Positions 9,637 through 17,681 of a stretch of DNA of 64,000 nucleotides are shown one piece after another. The notes below the pieces were generated by a model. That model was not told the origin of the DNA. It did no database searches and saw nothing but the letters and a program-made list of their open reading frames with translations. The first letter of the stretch is position 1. Every line of letters begins with the position of its first letter. Location: NCBI GenBank assembly GCA_965203055.1, contig OZ241863.1:2496001-2560000 (forward strand), written 5' to 3'. The position numbers and the translations under genes were made by a program. The stretch is from Spirochaetia bacterium. GTDB lineage: Bacteria; Spirochaetota; Spirochaetia; SZUA-6; Bin103.

Positions 9637-10944
9637 TTACTCGGCGAGCAACTGCTCGAACTCGCGCTGCGCCTGGGCGGACACGGCGGCGAAGTCTTCG
9701 CTTTCGATCGCCTCGGTGACGGCCTTGGCCAGGATGTCCTGCAGCCCCGGCCAGCGCGAGTCCTTCCACGGCGCCCCGCGGCTCATCGGCATCTGCGCCG
9801 CGAACGTGCGCGCGAAGTCGTCCTGCAGCAGCGGGTCGTTCTCCAACATGTCGTTGACCGTGGGCAGCAGGCCCATGTTGCCGTAGAGGCCGCTGAGGAC
9901 GTTGGTGTTCGCCGAGGCGAACTTGGCGAACTCGAACGCCCATTCCTTGTTCTTCGAGCTCTCGAACACCACCAGCACCGTCGGATTGGCGATGGTCCAG
10001 TTCTCCCCGGTGACGCCCTTCGGCATCGGGATCACCTCGTAGGCGTCGTCGATGGTCGGATCCTCGGTGAGCGTGCGCAGCATGCCGCGCAGCCACGGTC
10101 CGTCGAACACGAACCCGGCGCGCCGCTCGCCAAACACGATGCGCGTGTTGTAGGGGTCCATGCCCTTGGCGCTGTAGCCGTTGTTGGTCATCCAGGCGTA
10201 GAACTCCAGCGCGCGTTGGAACTCGGCGCTGTCGAGGGTCGGGTTGCCCGCGCCGTCGACCAGCTCGCCGCCCCACGCCCACAGCCACGGCGTGAACCAG
10301 AACGCGGCGTTGGCGCTCTTCACGTTGCGCAGCGAGAAGCCGATGATGTTGCGGCCCTGGTCGTCGGCGCCGAGCGAACCGATCTTGGCGATCTGTTCGC
10401 GGTAGGCGTGAATGTCCTCCACCGCCCCGGCGGGCAGGCCGGCCATCTCCTGCAGCGCGGTGTTGGCGTAGGGCAGAATCGGCCCGTGCCAGAACGGCAC
10501 GCCGTAGGGAACGCCCTCGTAGGTGGCGTCGGCGACCGGCGAGGAGACGTAGCCGGCGATCTCCGCTTCGCTCAGGTAGTTGCTGACCGGCTCCAGAATG
10601 CCCGCTCCGGCAAGCTGCGGAACCCACGACACGACCGGCTCGGTAATGTCGGGCGCGGTGCCGGCCTGGGCCATGATCAGCGCCTGCTCGCGCATCCGCT
10701 GGTAGGTGATGTCCACGAACTCGATGGTGACGTTGGGATTGTTGGCCATGAACGTGGCTGCCAGATCGTTGAACGACTCGCGGCCGAACTCCTCGGCGCG
10801 CATGCGCGTCATGTAGGTCAGCGTCACCGGCCCGTCGCCGGCCGCCGCCTCCTGCTCGCCGGCGGCATACGCCGTTCCGGCCCCCGCCAGCAGCAACGCC
10901 GCCAGCGCCAAGCTAGCTCTCATCAGCATAACGCGGCCCATCAT
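9637..10944 (-). CDS. Sugar ABC transporter substrate-binding protein (family 1)
   Basis: SD GAGGAG; signal peptide; motifs 'AGTAPDI', 'YGVP', 'DGPW'; adjacent permeases. Confidence 0.88.
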   Translation of the reverse strand: MMGRVMLMRASLALAALLLAGAGTAYAAGEQEAAAGDGPVTLTYMTRMRAEEFGRESFNDLAATFMANNPNVTIEFVDITYQRMREQALIMAQAGTAPDITEPVVSWVPQLAGAGILEPVSNYLSEAEIAGYVSSPVADATYEGVPYGVPFWHGPILPYANTALQEMAGLPAGAVEDIHAYREQIAKIGSLGADDQGRNIIGFSLRNVKSANAAFWFTPWLWAWGGELVDGAGNPTLDSAEFQRALEFYAWMTNNGYSAKGMDPYNTRIVFGERRAGFVFDGPWLRGMLRTLTEDPTIDDAYEVIPMPKGVTGENWTIANPTVLVVFESSKNKEWAFEFAKFASANTNVLSGLYGNMGLLPTVNDMLENDPLLQDDFARTFAAQMPMSRGAPWKDSRWPGLQDILAKAVTEAIESEDFAAVSAQAQREFEQLLAE

Positions 10945-11002
10945 CCTCCACTCCTCAGATACCGTCAATCAAGCGCTGGCGCGGGGCGCGGGTGGCGCAG
11001 GT

Positions 11003-12052
11003 TCACTCGGGCCAGACGAAGGAAACCTTGCCGAGGGTGGCCGGCGATTCGGCGGCGGCGAACGCCTGCGCCGCCGCGGTGATGGGGAACGTCGCGGCGC
11101 TCAGCGGTGCGAAGCTGGTGCCGGTGGTCACCATCAGTTCCACCAGGTCGTGGTAGTAGTGGATCGGCAGCACCCAGGAGCCGACCACCTGCGCCTGCTT
11201 GCGGATCAGGTCGGCGACGTCGATGGAGGGAGCGAAGCGCAACGGCCACATGCCGCGGCCCACGGTTACCACCCGCCCGCCGCGCGCCACCACCGCCAAC
11301 GCCGCGGCCAGCCCCGCCTCGCTGCCGGAGGCATCGAACACGCGGCCGGGAGCGCGGCCGCCGGCGGCGGCGCGCACCCGCTCGGCGAGGCGCCCCGCCG
11401 CCGGGCCGTCCACCGCGACCGCCGCCACCCCGAGCCGCTCGGCATGGCGGCGCCGCTCCGCGCTCCGGTCCAGGCCGACCACCGGCCAGCCCATGGCGCG
11501 CGCCAGCAGCGCGGCGCTCAGCCCGACCGGGCCCAGCCCCACCACCGCGCAGGCCGCCGCCCCCGGCACCGCCTCCAGTTTGCGCAGCGCGGCGTACGCG
11601 GTGCCGGCGGCGCAGGCCAGGAACGAACCGTCCACGTGGCTCAGCGCCTCCGGCAGCGGACAGCAGTTGCGGGCGTCGGTAAGCAGGTAGTCGGCGTCGG
11701 CGCCGTGCAGATGCCAGCCGTAGCCGCGCCGGGCGGCGCAATACACGATCTCACCGGCCAGACAGTGGCGGCACAGGCCGCACCCGCGGTAGTGGTAGAC
11801 CGACACCCGGCGCCCCACCAGGGCGCGCTCCACCCCGCGGCCCACCTCCGCCACCACCCCGCTGGCTTCGTGTCCGATCACCAGATTCCGGCGCTCGCCG
11901 ATCTCCTCCCAACTGTTGTGAAACGTATGCAGGTCGCTGCCGCAGATGCCGGCGTTGCGCAGCGCCACCACCGCCTCCCCCGGACCGGGGCGCGGGTCGG
12001 GAATGGCGCGCACCTCCACCCGGCCCGCGCCGAGCGGCACCACCCCGCGCAT
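11003..12052 (-). CDS. Zn-dependent (MDR) alcohol/polyol dehydrogenase
   Basis: Motifs 'GICGSDLH', 'GHE', structural Zn site 'CGLCRHC...C', Rossmann 'GLGPVG'. Confidence 0.9.
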   Translation of the reverse strand: MRGVVPLGAGRVEVRAIPDPRPGPGEAVVALRNAGICGSDLHTFHNSWEEIGERRNLVIGHEASGVVAEVGRGVERALVGRRVSVYHYRGCGLCRHCLAGEIVYCAARRGYGWHLHGADADYLLTDARNCCPLPEALSHVDGSFLACAAGTAYAALRKLEAVPGAAACAVVGLGPVGLSAALLARAMGWPVVGLDRSAERRRHAERLGVAAVAVDGPAAGRLAERVRAAAGGRAPGRVFDASGSEAGLAAALAVVARGGRVVTVGRGMWPLRFAPSIDVADLIRKQAQVVGSWVLPIHYYHDLVELMVTTGTSFAPLSAATFPITAAAQAFAAAESPATLGKVSFVWPE

Positions 12053-13584
12053 CAGAACGGGCTCCGGTTGCCGCCGGCGGCGGCGCGGATCAGTTGCCGG
12101 CGCTGCTGACTGCGGCGCACCTCGCGGTCGATGCGGCGCCAGTCCCAGCGCGCCAACAGCGCCGCGCGCAGCCGCGCCTCCATCGCCGCCGCGGCCGGGT
12201 CGCCGGCGCGGTTGCGCAGTTCCCGCGGATCCTGCTCCAGGTCATACAGCTCCGGCTCCGGGTCGCTGCCGCCGGACAGGCACAGCTTCCAGTTACCCTG
12301 GCGCAGCATCGCCCGCGGGCGGTCGGTGCCGTGCGCAGTCAGCTCGGCGAACGCCGCATCCTCCCAGCCGGCATCGGGGCCGGCCAACAGCGCGGTCAGG
12401 CTGCGCCCATCCAGCGGCGCCGCGGGCGAGGCCGCGTCGGCGGCCTCCACGATGGTCGCGGTCACATCCACCAGGGAGACGCACTCGCCTACCCGGCGCC
12501 CCGCCGCGGCGCGGCCCGGCCAGCGCACCTGCAGCGGCACCCGCGCCGCCTGCTCGTAGAAGCTCATCTTGCGCCACAGGCCATGCTCGCCGAGCAGCTC
12601 GCCGTGGTCGCTGGTGTGGATTACCAGGGTGTCGCCGGCCAGCCCGAACCGGTCGAGCGCCTCCAGGAGCTGGCGCAGCTTGTCGTCGGCATAGCTGACC
12701 AGACCGTAGTAGGCCGCCCGCGCCCGGCGCACTTGAGCCTCGCTGTAGCCCCGGAAGCCGAACGCGCGGCGCAGCCGCTGCGCCGCCGGGGGCAGCGCCG
12801 CCAGGTGCCCCGGCGGCAGGTGCGGCAGGTCGGCATGGCGCGGGAAGTACTGAGCGAAAAACGGCTCCGGCACCACGAACGGGAAGTGCGGCGCGATCAG
12901 GCCCACGCACAGCGCGAAGGGGCGCCTGCCGCGGCCATGCGCCCGGCGGCGCAGGAATGCCAGCGCCGCCGCTGCCGCGGCGTCGTCGGCATCGATCTCC
13001 GGGGTGCGCCCCGGCCCGGTGGGCGGCGCCGCGGCCGCGTCGCCGGCGGCCGGCGGCTCCTCCCCGTCCGGCCCCGGCGGCACGCGCGAGGCGGTCCGCA
13101 CCACGCCGGCCCACGGCTCGCGCGCCTCCGGCACGCCCTGGTCCCAGGGGAAGATGGGGTGCTCCAGCTCGCAGTGCAGGTCGCGCGCCAACTGCTCCCG
13201 GAAGCCGTGCAGGTGATCGTCGCCGACCAAGTGCATCTTGCCGGCCAGGGCCACCTCGTAGCCCTGCGCCCGCAGCAGGTGCGGCCACGTCACCGCGTCC
13301 GGCGCCAGCGGCGTGGCGTTGTCCCAGCCGGCGCAGTTGTGGGTGTAGCGACCGGTCAGGAAGGAGAGGCGGGACGGTACGCACAGCGGGTTGTTGCAAT
13401 AGGCGGCGTCGAAGGTGACCCCTTCGGCAGCCAGGCGGTCCATCCCCGGAGTGCGGATGAACGGATGGCCGTAGGTACCGCTGAATTGGGCGCCGTGCTC
13501 GTCCGTCATCAGCAACAGGATGTTGGGGCGGGCGGCCGCGGGCGGACCGCCGCCGGGCCCGCCGGGCGGCGCCGCGGGGGTCAT
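12052..13584 (-). CDS. Formylglycine-dependent sulfatase (choline-sulfatase-like)
   Basis: Motifs 'RPNILLLMTDEH', 'CVPSR' (CxPxR), 'GKMH', 'PHFP', 'TSDHGE..GEHG', 'ELYDL..DP.E'. ATG 13584 overlaps the upstream stop. Confidence 0.9.
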   Translation of the reverse strand: MTPAAPPGGPGGGPPAAARPNILLLMTDEHGAQFSGTYGHPFIRTPGMDRLAAEGVTFDAAYCNNPLCVPSRLSFLTGRYTHNCAGWDNATPLAPDAVTWPHLLRAQGYEVALAGKMHLVGDDHLHGFREQLARDLHCELEHPIFPWDQGVPEAREPWAGVVRTASRVPPGPDGEEPPAAGDAAAAPPTGPGRTPEIDADDAAAAAALAFLRRRAHGRGRRPFALCVGLIAPHFPFVVPEPFFAQYFPRHADLPHLPPGHLAALPPAAQRLRRAFGFRGYSEAQVRRARAAYYGLVSYADDKLRQLLEALDRFGLAGDTLVIHTSDHGELLGEHGLWRKMSFYEQAARVPLQVRWPGRAAAGRRVGECVSLVDVTATIVEAADAASPAAPLDGRSLTALLAGPDAGWEDAAFAELTAHGTDRPRAMLRQGNWKLCLSGGSDPEPELYDLEQDPRELRNRAGDPAAAAMEARLRAALLARWDWRRIDREVRRSQQRRQLIRAAAGGNRSPF

Positions 13585-14303
13585 TGCTGCCCTGCCACGC
13601 CCTGCAGCAGGCCGGCTTCCTGCATCTGTTGCCACTCGCCGGCGAAGGTCTGATTCCAGGTCTCGGTGAGGGGATGCTCCAGCATGGCGCGAAGCACCGG
13701 CCAGAACACGATGATGCCGTCGGCGCCGGCGCGCAGCGCGGCCTGCGCCACCTCCACCGAACGCACCAGGGCGGCGGTGACGAAGGGCCGCTGCTCCCAC
13801 CCCGCGAACATGGCGGCGCACTCGCGCACCAGCCGGCCGGGGTCGCCGCCCATCTGCCTGACCGGCTCGCAGAACGGCAGCACGTGGGTGGCGCCGGCCT
13901 GCGCGGCGGCGGCCGCCTGGGCGAGGGAGAACACCGTGGTGCAGAAGGTGGTGACCCTCTCCTGCTCCAGGACGCGGAAGGCGCCGAGGCCGGCCGCGGT
14001 GCACGGGATCTTGATCGCGATCTGCGGCGACAGCGCCGTGAACACGTGGCTCACCTCGACCAGCTCCTGCGCGGTATGGCCTTCCACCTCCACCACCACC
14101 GGCTTGTCGGTGAGGTCCAGGTAACGGCGCACCACGTCCAGCAACTGGCCGTACTTGCGCACCACCTCATTCAGCACCACGGTATTGGTGACGATCCCGG
14201 CGGCGCCGCGCGCCAGCCATTCGCCCAGGTCGGCCGGATCGCCGGCCAGCCAGATGGCCGGGCCGCGGCCGCGGCGCCGCGCTTCGCTGCTCGATAGCCT
14301 CAT
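13581..14303 (-). CDS. Transaldolase/fructose-6-phosphate aldolase family protein (TalC-like, divergent)
   Basis: 'GIVTNT', Schiff-base Lys in 'IAIKIPCT', 'TTVFSLAQA..AAQAGA'; SD GGAGG. Confidence 0.8.
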   Translation of the reverse strand: MRLSSSEARRRGRGPAIWLAGDPADLGEWLARGAAGIVTNTVVLNEVVRKYGQLLDVVRRYLDLTDKPVVVEVEGHTAQELVEVSHVFTALSPQIAIKIPCTAAGLGAFRVLEQERVTTFCTTVFSLAQAAAAAQAGATHVLPFCEPVRQMGGDPGRLVRECAAMFAGWEQRPFVTAALVRSVEVAQAALRAGADGIIVFWPVLRAMLEHPLTETWNQTFAGEWQQMQEAGLLQGVAGQQ

Positions 14304-14331
14304 CGTTCCTCCGTTCGGCCGCGCCCGCGGC

Positions 14332-16299
14332 TCAGTAGTGGAAGCGCTGCAACTCGGCGCGGTCGCGCTCATACTGGGAGCGCAGGGTCTGGGTCACCTC
14401 GCTGCGGCTCACCTCGGCCGGCGCCACGTCCCACCAGGTTTCGGAACCAGGCACGTAGCGGTGCTTCTCCACCTCGCACACGATGACGCAGGAGCGCGTC
14501 TCGGCGCGCGCCGCGCGCAGCGCGCCGCGCACCTCGCCGGGGGTGAACGCGTGCCAGGCGCGCGCCCCCATGCCCTCGGCAATCCGGCCGATGTCGAGCG
14601 GCAGGTAATCGCCCTCCAGCCGCCGCTCGCCGCCGGCTTCGCTGCCGCCGCCGGCTTCGCTGCCGCCGCCGGCTCCGCTGCCGTTGGCGCTGGCGCTACG
14701 GGCGCGGAACTCGTTGCCGAAGGGGTGCCCGGTGCGCCCCATCTGCAGGCGCCGGATCACCTGAAAGCCGTGGTTGTCGATCACCACCACGGTTACCTTG
14801 AGCCGCTCCTGCAGCGCGGTGATCAGTTCCATGGGGTTGAGCAGGAAGGTGCCGTCGCCGACGTACACGAACACCTCCCCCGCGCTGCCGCGCGCCATGC
14901 GCACTCCGATGCCCGCCGGCAGCTCGTAGCCCATGCAGGAGAAGCCGAACTCCAGGTGACAGCGGCTGCCGTTGGCGCCGTCCCACAGCTTGAGGATGTT
15001 GCCCGGCGGGCCGCCGGCCGCGGCGACCACGGTATCGGCGCCGGTGGACTCCTCGTTCAGCACCTGAATCACCTGGCCTTCGCTCATCACCTCGCCGGGA
15101 TGGTCGGCGTAGGCGTCGGTGCGCACCACCTTGTCCCAGTCGGCCTGCGCCGCGGCCACCTCCTGCCGGTAGCCGGGGAACGCCGCGCCGGCGGCGCGGC
15201 CGGCCTCCAGCAGCGCCTCCAGGGCCAGCCGCGCATCGCCCACCAGCGGCACCGCGCCCTGCTTGAAGGCGTCCATCGGGCACACGTTGATGGCGATGAA
15301 ACGTACTCCCGGATGGTGGAACAGGCTCTGCGACGCGGTGACGAAGTCGCTCAGGCGGGTGCCGACGGCGATGATCAGGTCCGCTTCTTCGGCGATGCGC
15401 GCGGAAGCGGCGGTGCCCTCCACCCCATGGCCGCCCAGCGACCACTGCGCGGCGCCGCGCAGCGCGCCTTTGCCGGCGTGGGTCTCGCTCACCGGAATGC
15501 CGAACGTGGTCGCCACGGCCGCGAGCGCGTCCCACGCCTCCGAGTAGTGGACCCCGCCGCCGGCGATGATCAGGGGCCGGCGGGCGCGCCCCAGCAGCGC
15601 CGCCGCCTCGGCGACGCGGTCCGCGGCCGGCGGGCGCCGCTCGATGCGCCAGGTGCGCTCGGCGAAGAAGTGGCGCGGATAGTCATAGGCGTGCGCCTGA
15701 ACGTCCTGCGGCAGGGAGAGGGTCACGGCGCCGGTGTCGGCCGGATCGGTAAGCACCCGCATCGCCTGCGGCAGCGCCGTGAGGAGCTGTTCCGGGCGGG
15801 TGATGCGGTCGAAGAAGCGGCTCACCGGCCGGAAGCAGTCGTTGACGCTGACGTCGCCGGCGGAGGGATGCTCCAACTGCTGCAGCACCGGCCCCTGGCG
15901 GCGGGTGGCGTAGTAGTCGGAGGCCAGCAGCAGCACCGGCATGCGGTTGATGGTGGCGGTAGCCGCGCCGGTCACCATGTTGGTGGCGCCGGGGCCGATG
16001 GAGCTGGTGCACGCCAGCGTCTGGGTGCGGCGCGTGGCGCGCGCGAACCCGGCCGCGGTATGCACCATCGACTGCTCGTTGCGGGTCTGATAGTAGGGCA
16101 GCGCGCCCCCGCTCTGCTCCAGGGCCTGCCCCAGACCGCATACGTTGCCATGGCCGAAGATGCCGAACATGGCCGGTATCAGCCGCCGCCGGGCGCCGTC
16201 CAGCTCGCTGTACTGAACCGCCAGGTACTTCACCACCGCCTGCCCCATGGTGAGGCGTTCCGTTTCCTGACCGCCGGTCAGGCGTTGCGTCTGCGCCAT
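14332..16299 (-). CDS. iolD: 3D-(3,5/4)-trihydroxycyclohexane-1,2-dione acylhydrolase (TPP-dependent)
   Basis: Motifs 'RLTMGQA', 'GIFGHGNV.GLGQAL', 'RNEQSMVH', 'TSSIGPGATNM', 'HLEFGFSCMGYE', 'GDG...N', 'WWDV'. Confidence 0.92.
   Translation of the reverse strand: MAQTQRLTGGQETERLTMGQAVVKYLAVQYSELDGARRRLIPAMFGIFGHGNVCGLGQALEQSGGALPYYQTRNEQSMVHTAAGFARATRRTQTLACTSSIGPGATNMVTGAATATINRMPVLLLASDYYATRRQGPVLQQLEHPSAGDVSVNDCFRPVSRFFDRITRPEQLLTALPQAMRVLTDPADTGAVTLSLPQDVQAHAYDYPRHFFAERTWRIERRPPAADRVAEAAALLGRARRPLIIAGGGVHYSEAWDALAAVATTFGIPVSETHAGKGALRGAAQWSLGGHGVEGTAASARIAEEADLIIAVGTRLSDFVTASQSLFHHPGVRFIAINVCPMDAFKQGAVPLVGDARLALEALLEAGRAAGAAFPGYRQEVAAAQADWDKVVRTDAYADHPGEVMSEGQVIQVLNEESTGADTVVAAAGGPPGNILKLWDGANGSRCHLEFGFSCMGYELPAGIGVRMARGSAGEVFVYVGDGTFLLNPMELITALQERLKVTVVVIDNHGFQVIRRLQMGRTGHPFGNEFRARSASANGSGAGGGSEAGGGSEAGGERRLEGDYLPLDIGRIAEGMGARAWHAFTPGEVRGALRAARAETRSCVIVCEVEKHRYVPGSETWWDVAPAEVSRSEVTQTLRSQYERDRAELQRFHY
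14629..14682. repeat. Three 18-bp tandem copies inside iolD
   Basis: gccgccggct(t/c)cgctgcc x3, encoding GSGAGG-GSEAGG-GSEAGG. Confidence 0.85.
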
Positions 16300-16313
16300 G
16301 CTCCTCTCCCTGC

Positions 16314-16386
16314 TGGGCGGTGACGGACTCGAACCGCCGACCACCTGGGTGTAAACCAGGTGCTCTACCAACTGAGCTAACCGCCC
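16314..16386 (-). tRNA. tRNA-Val(TAC), CCA not encoded
   Basis: GGGCGGTTAGCTCAGTTGGTAGAGCACCTGGTT-TAC-ACCCAGGTGGTCGGCGGTTCGAGTCCGTCACCGCCCA folds as a full cloverleaf. Confidence 0.97.
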
Positions 16387-16408
16387 GCGTCACGCCCGCT
16401 GCGCCGGC

Positions 16409-16437
16409 ACGCTATCCGCCGCGCGCCCGGCTGTCAA
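16409..16437 (-). promoter_or_regulatory. Sigma-70 promoter of tRNA-Val (and probably the iolD operon)
   Basis: TTGACA-17 nt-TAGCGT, followed by a GC-rich discriminator region. Confidence 0.7.
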
Positions 16438-16485
16438 ACCGCCGCCGGCCGGCCGAACCGGCGCGCGGCGCTCATACTATGGCCG

Positions 16486-17595
16486 TCACGAGCGCGTGAG
16501 CACCTCTACTTGCGTCAGAAATTCTTCGTCGGCGCGGCATTGCACCAGCCGGTCGCCGATATCGGCCAGTTGCTCCGGGTCCACGACGTTGGCCAACAGA
16601 ACCGCCAGACGTTCGCTCGTCTCCGCCCCGAACCGCAACGCCGCCATACGGCAGAGCAGCGCCCGTTCGTGTTCAAGCCCCTGCTCGAGGCCCCGCTCAA
16701 GCCCCTGCTCGAGGCCCCGCTCAAGCCCCCGCTCGAGCCCCTGCTCGAGACCCCGCTCGAGCCCCTGCTCGAGCCCCAGCTTGCGGCCTTGCTCAAGGCC
16801 CTGCTCGCGGCCTTCCCGCATCCACTGCGCGGGCCACTCCCTCAAGCGTTCTTGCAGCATCATCCGTACCTCCTCCAGACTGTCCATCGCCGGCAGCTCC
16901 TCACCGGCCGGCTTGACCTGCTCCATCGAACTCGTCAGCCAGTCGATGAACACCCGTCGCAACTCTACGTTCTCCGACCCCTCCAGCCGCTCCGGCAGCG
17001 CGTTCGCGACCCGTATCAGGTCCGCCTCCGTGCGGCTCTGTTCCAACCCGATCACCGCTCCCATCAGATTGTCGCTCGGCACCTCATCCGCGGCTACGTG
17101 CTGCTCCTCGATCACCAGGTAGCGCTGCGCTGGCTGGTACGGCGCCAGTCCCTCCTCCACCGGCGTGATCAGTTCGCCGATCTCCCGCGGCGCCCGCCAC
17201 CGCGGCGTGCCGTTGTACAGCACGATGGGCAGCACCGCCGGCAGCGCCTCGCGCGCCTCCGGCGCCGCATTGCGCACCAGTTCCTGGTACAGCATGCCGG
17301 TGTAGATCAGAATGCGCAGCGCCATGTAGTGATCGTCGCGCGACTGGAACTCAAGCAGCAACAACAGGTAGGCCCAACCGCCGCCGGGCACGCGCAGCCG
17401 CCATACGGTGTCGCCGTGACGTTTGAGCAATTCGTCGCTGACGTAATCTGACGACAACTTCCGCAGCGTCGAGAAGTCGCTGGCGCCGAGTTGACCGACG
17501 AAGGCGCGTACCAAGTCCTCTACCATGCGCGGGAAGGCGAACAGCTTCTTGTACTGCTCGTCGTACTTGGCGCCGGTCTCGCGTGCGGGTGCCAT
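16486..17595 (-). CDS. Rpn family recombination-promoting nuclease / YhgA-like putative transposase (PD-(D/E)XK)
   Basis: Motifs 'YD..YKKLF', 'RHGD.VW', 'LLLEFQS', 'MALRIL.Y', 'LP.VLPIVLYNG..RW'; C-terminal GLEQ repeats. Confidence 0.88.
   Translation of the reverse strand: MAPARETGAKYDEQYKKLFAFPRMVEDLVRAFVGQLGASDFSTLRKLSSDYVSDELLKRHGDTVWRLRVPGGGWAYLLLLLEFQSRDDHYMALRILIYTGMLYQELVRNAAPEAREALPAVLPIVLYNGTPRWRAPREIGELITPVEEGLAPYQPAQRYLVIEEQHVAADEVPSDNLMGAVIGLEQSRTEADLIRVANALPERLEGSENVELRRVFIDWLTSSMEQVKPAGEELPAMDSLEEVRMMLQERLREWPAQWMREGREQGLEQGRKLGLEQGLERGLEQGLERGLERGLEQGLERGLEQGLEHERALLCRMAALRFGAETSERLAVLLANVVDPEQLADIGDRLVQCRADEEFLTQVEVLTRS
16669..16812 (-). repeat. Twelve 12-bp coding tandem units (GLEQ/GLER) in the Rpn C-terminus
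   Basis: GREQ GLEQ GRKL GLEQ GLER GLEQ GLER GLER GLEQ GLER GLEQ GLEH. Confidence 0.9.
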
Positions 17596-17681
17596 CTTTC
17601 AGCATCGTAGCACAGGGACCGGCGACCGTGAGTCAAGCGGCTGATCGGGAGATCCGTTACCGCTTCGGCGTTGTCAAGGGG

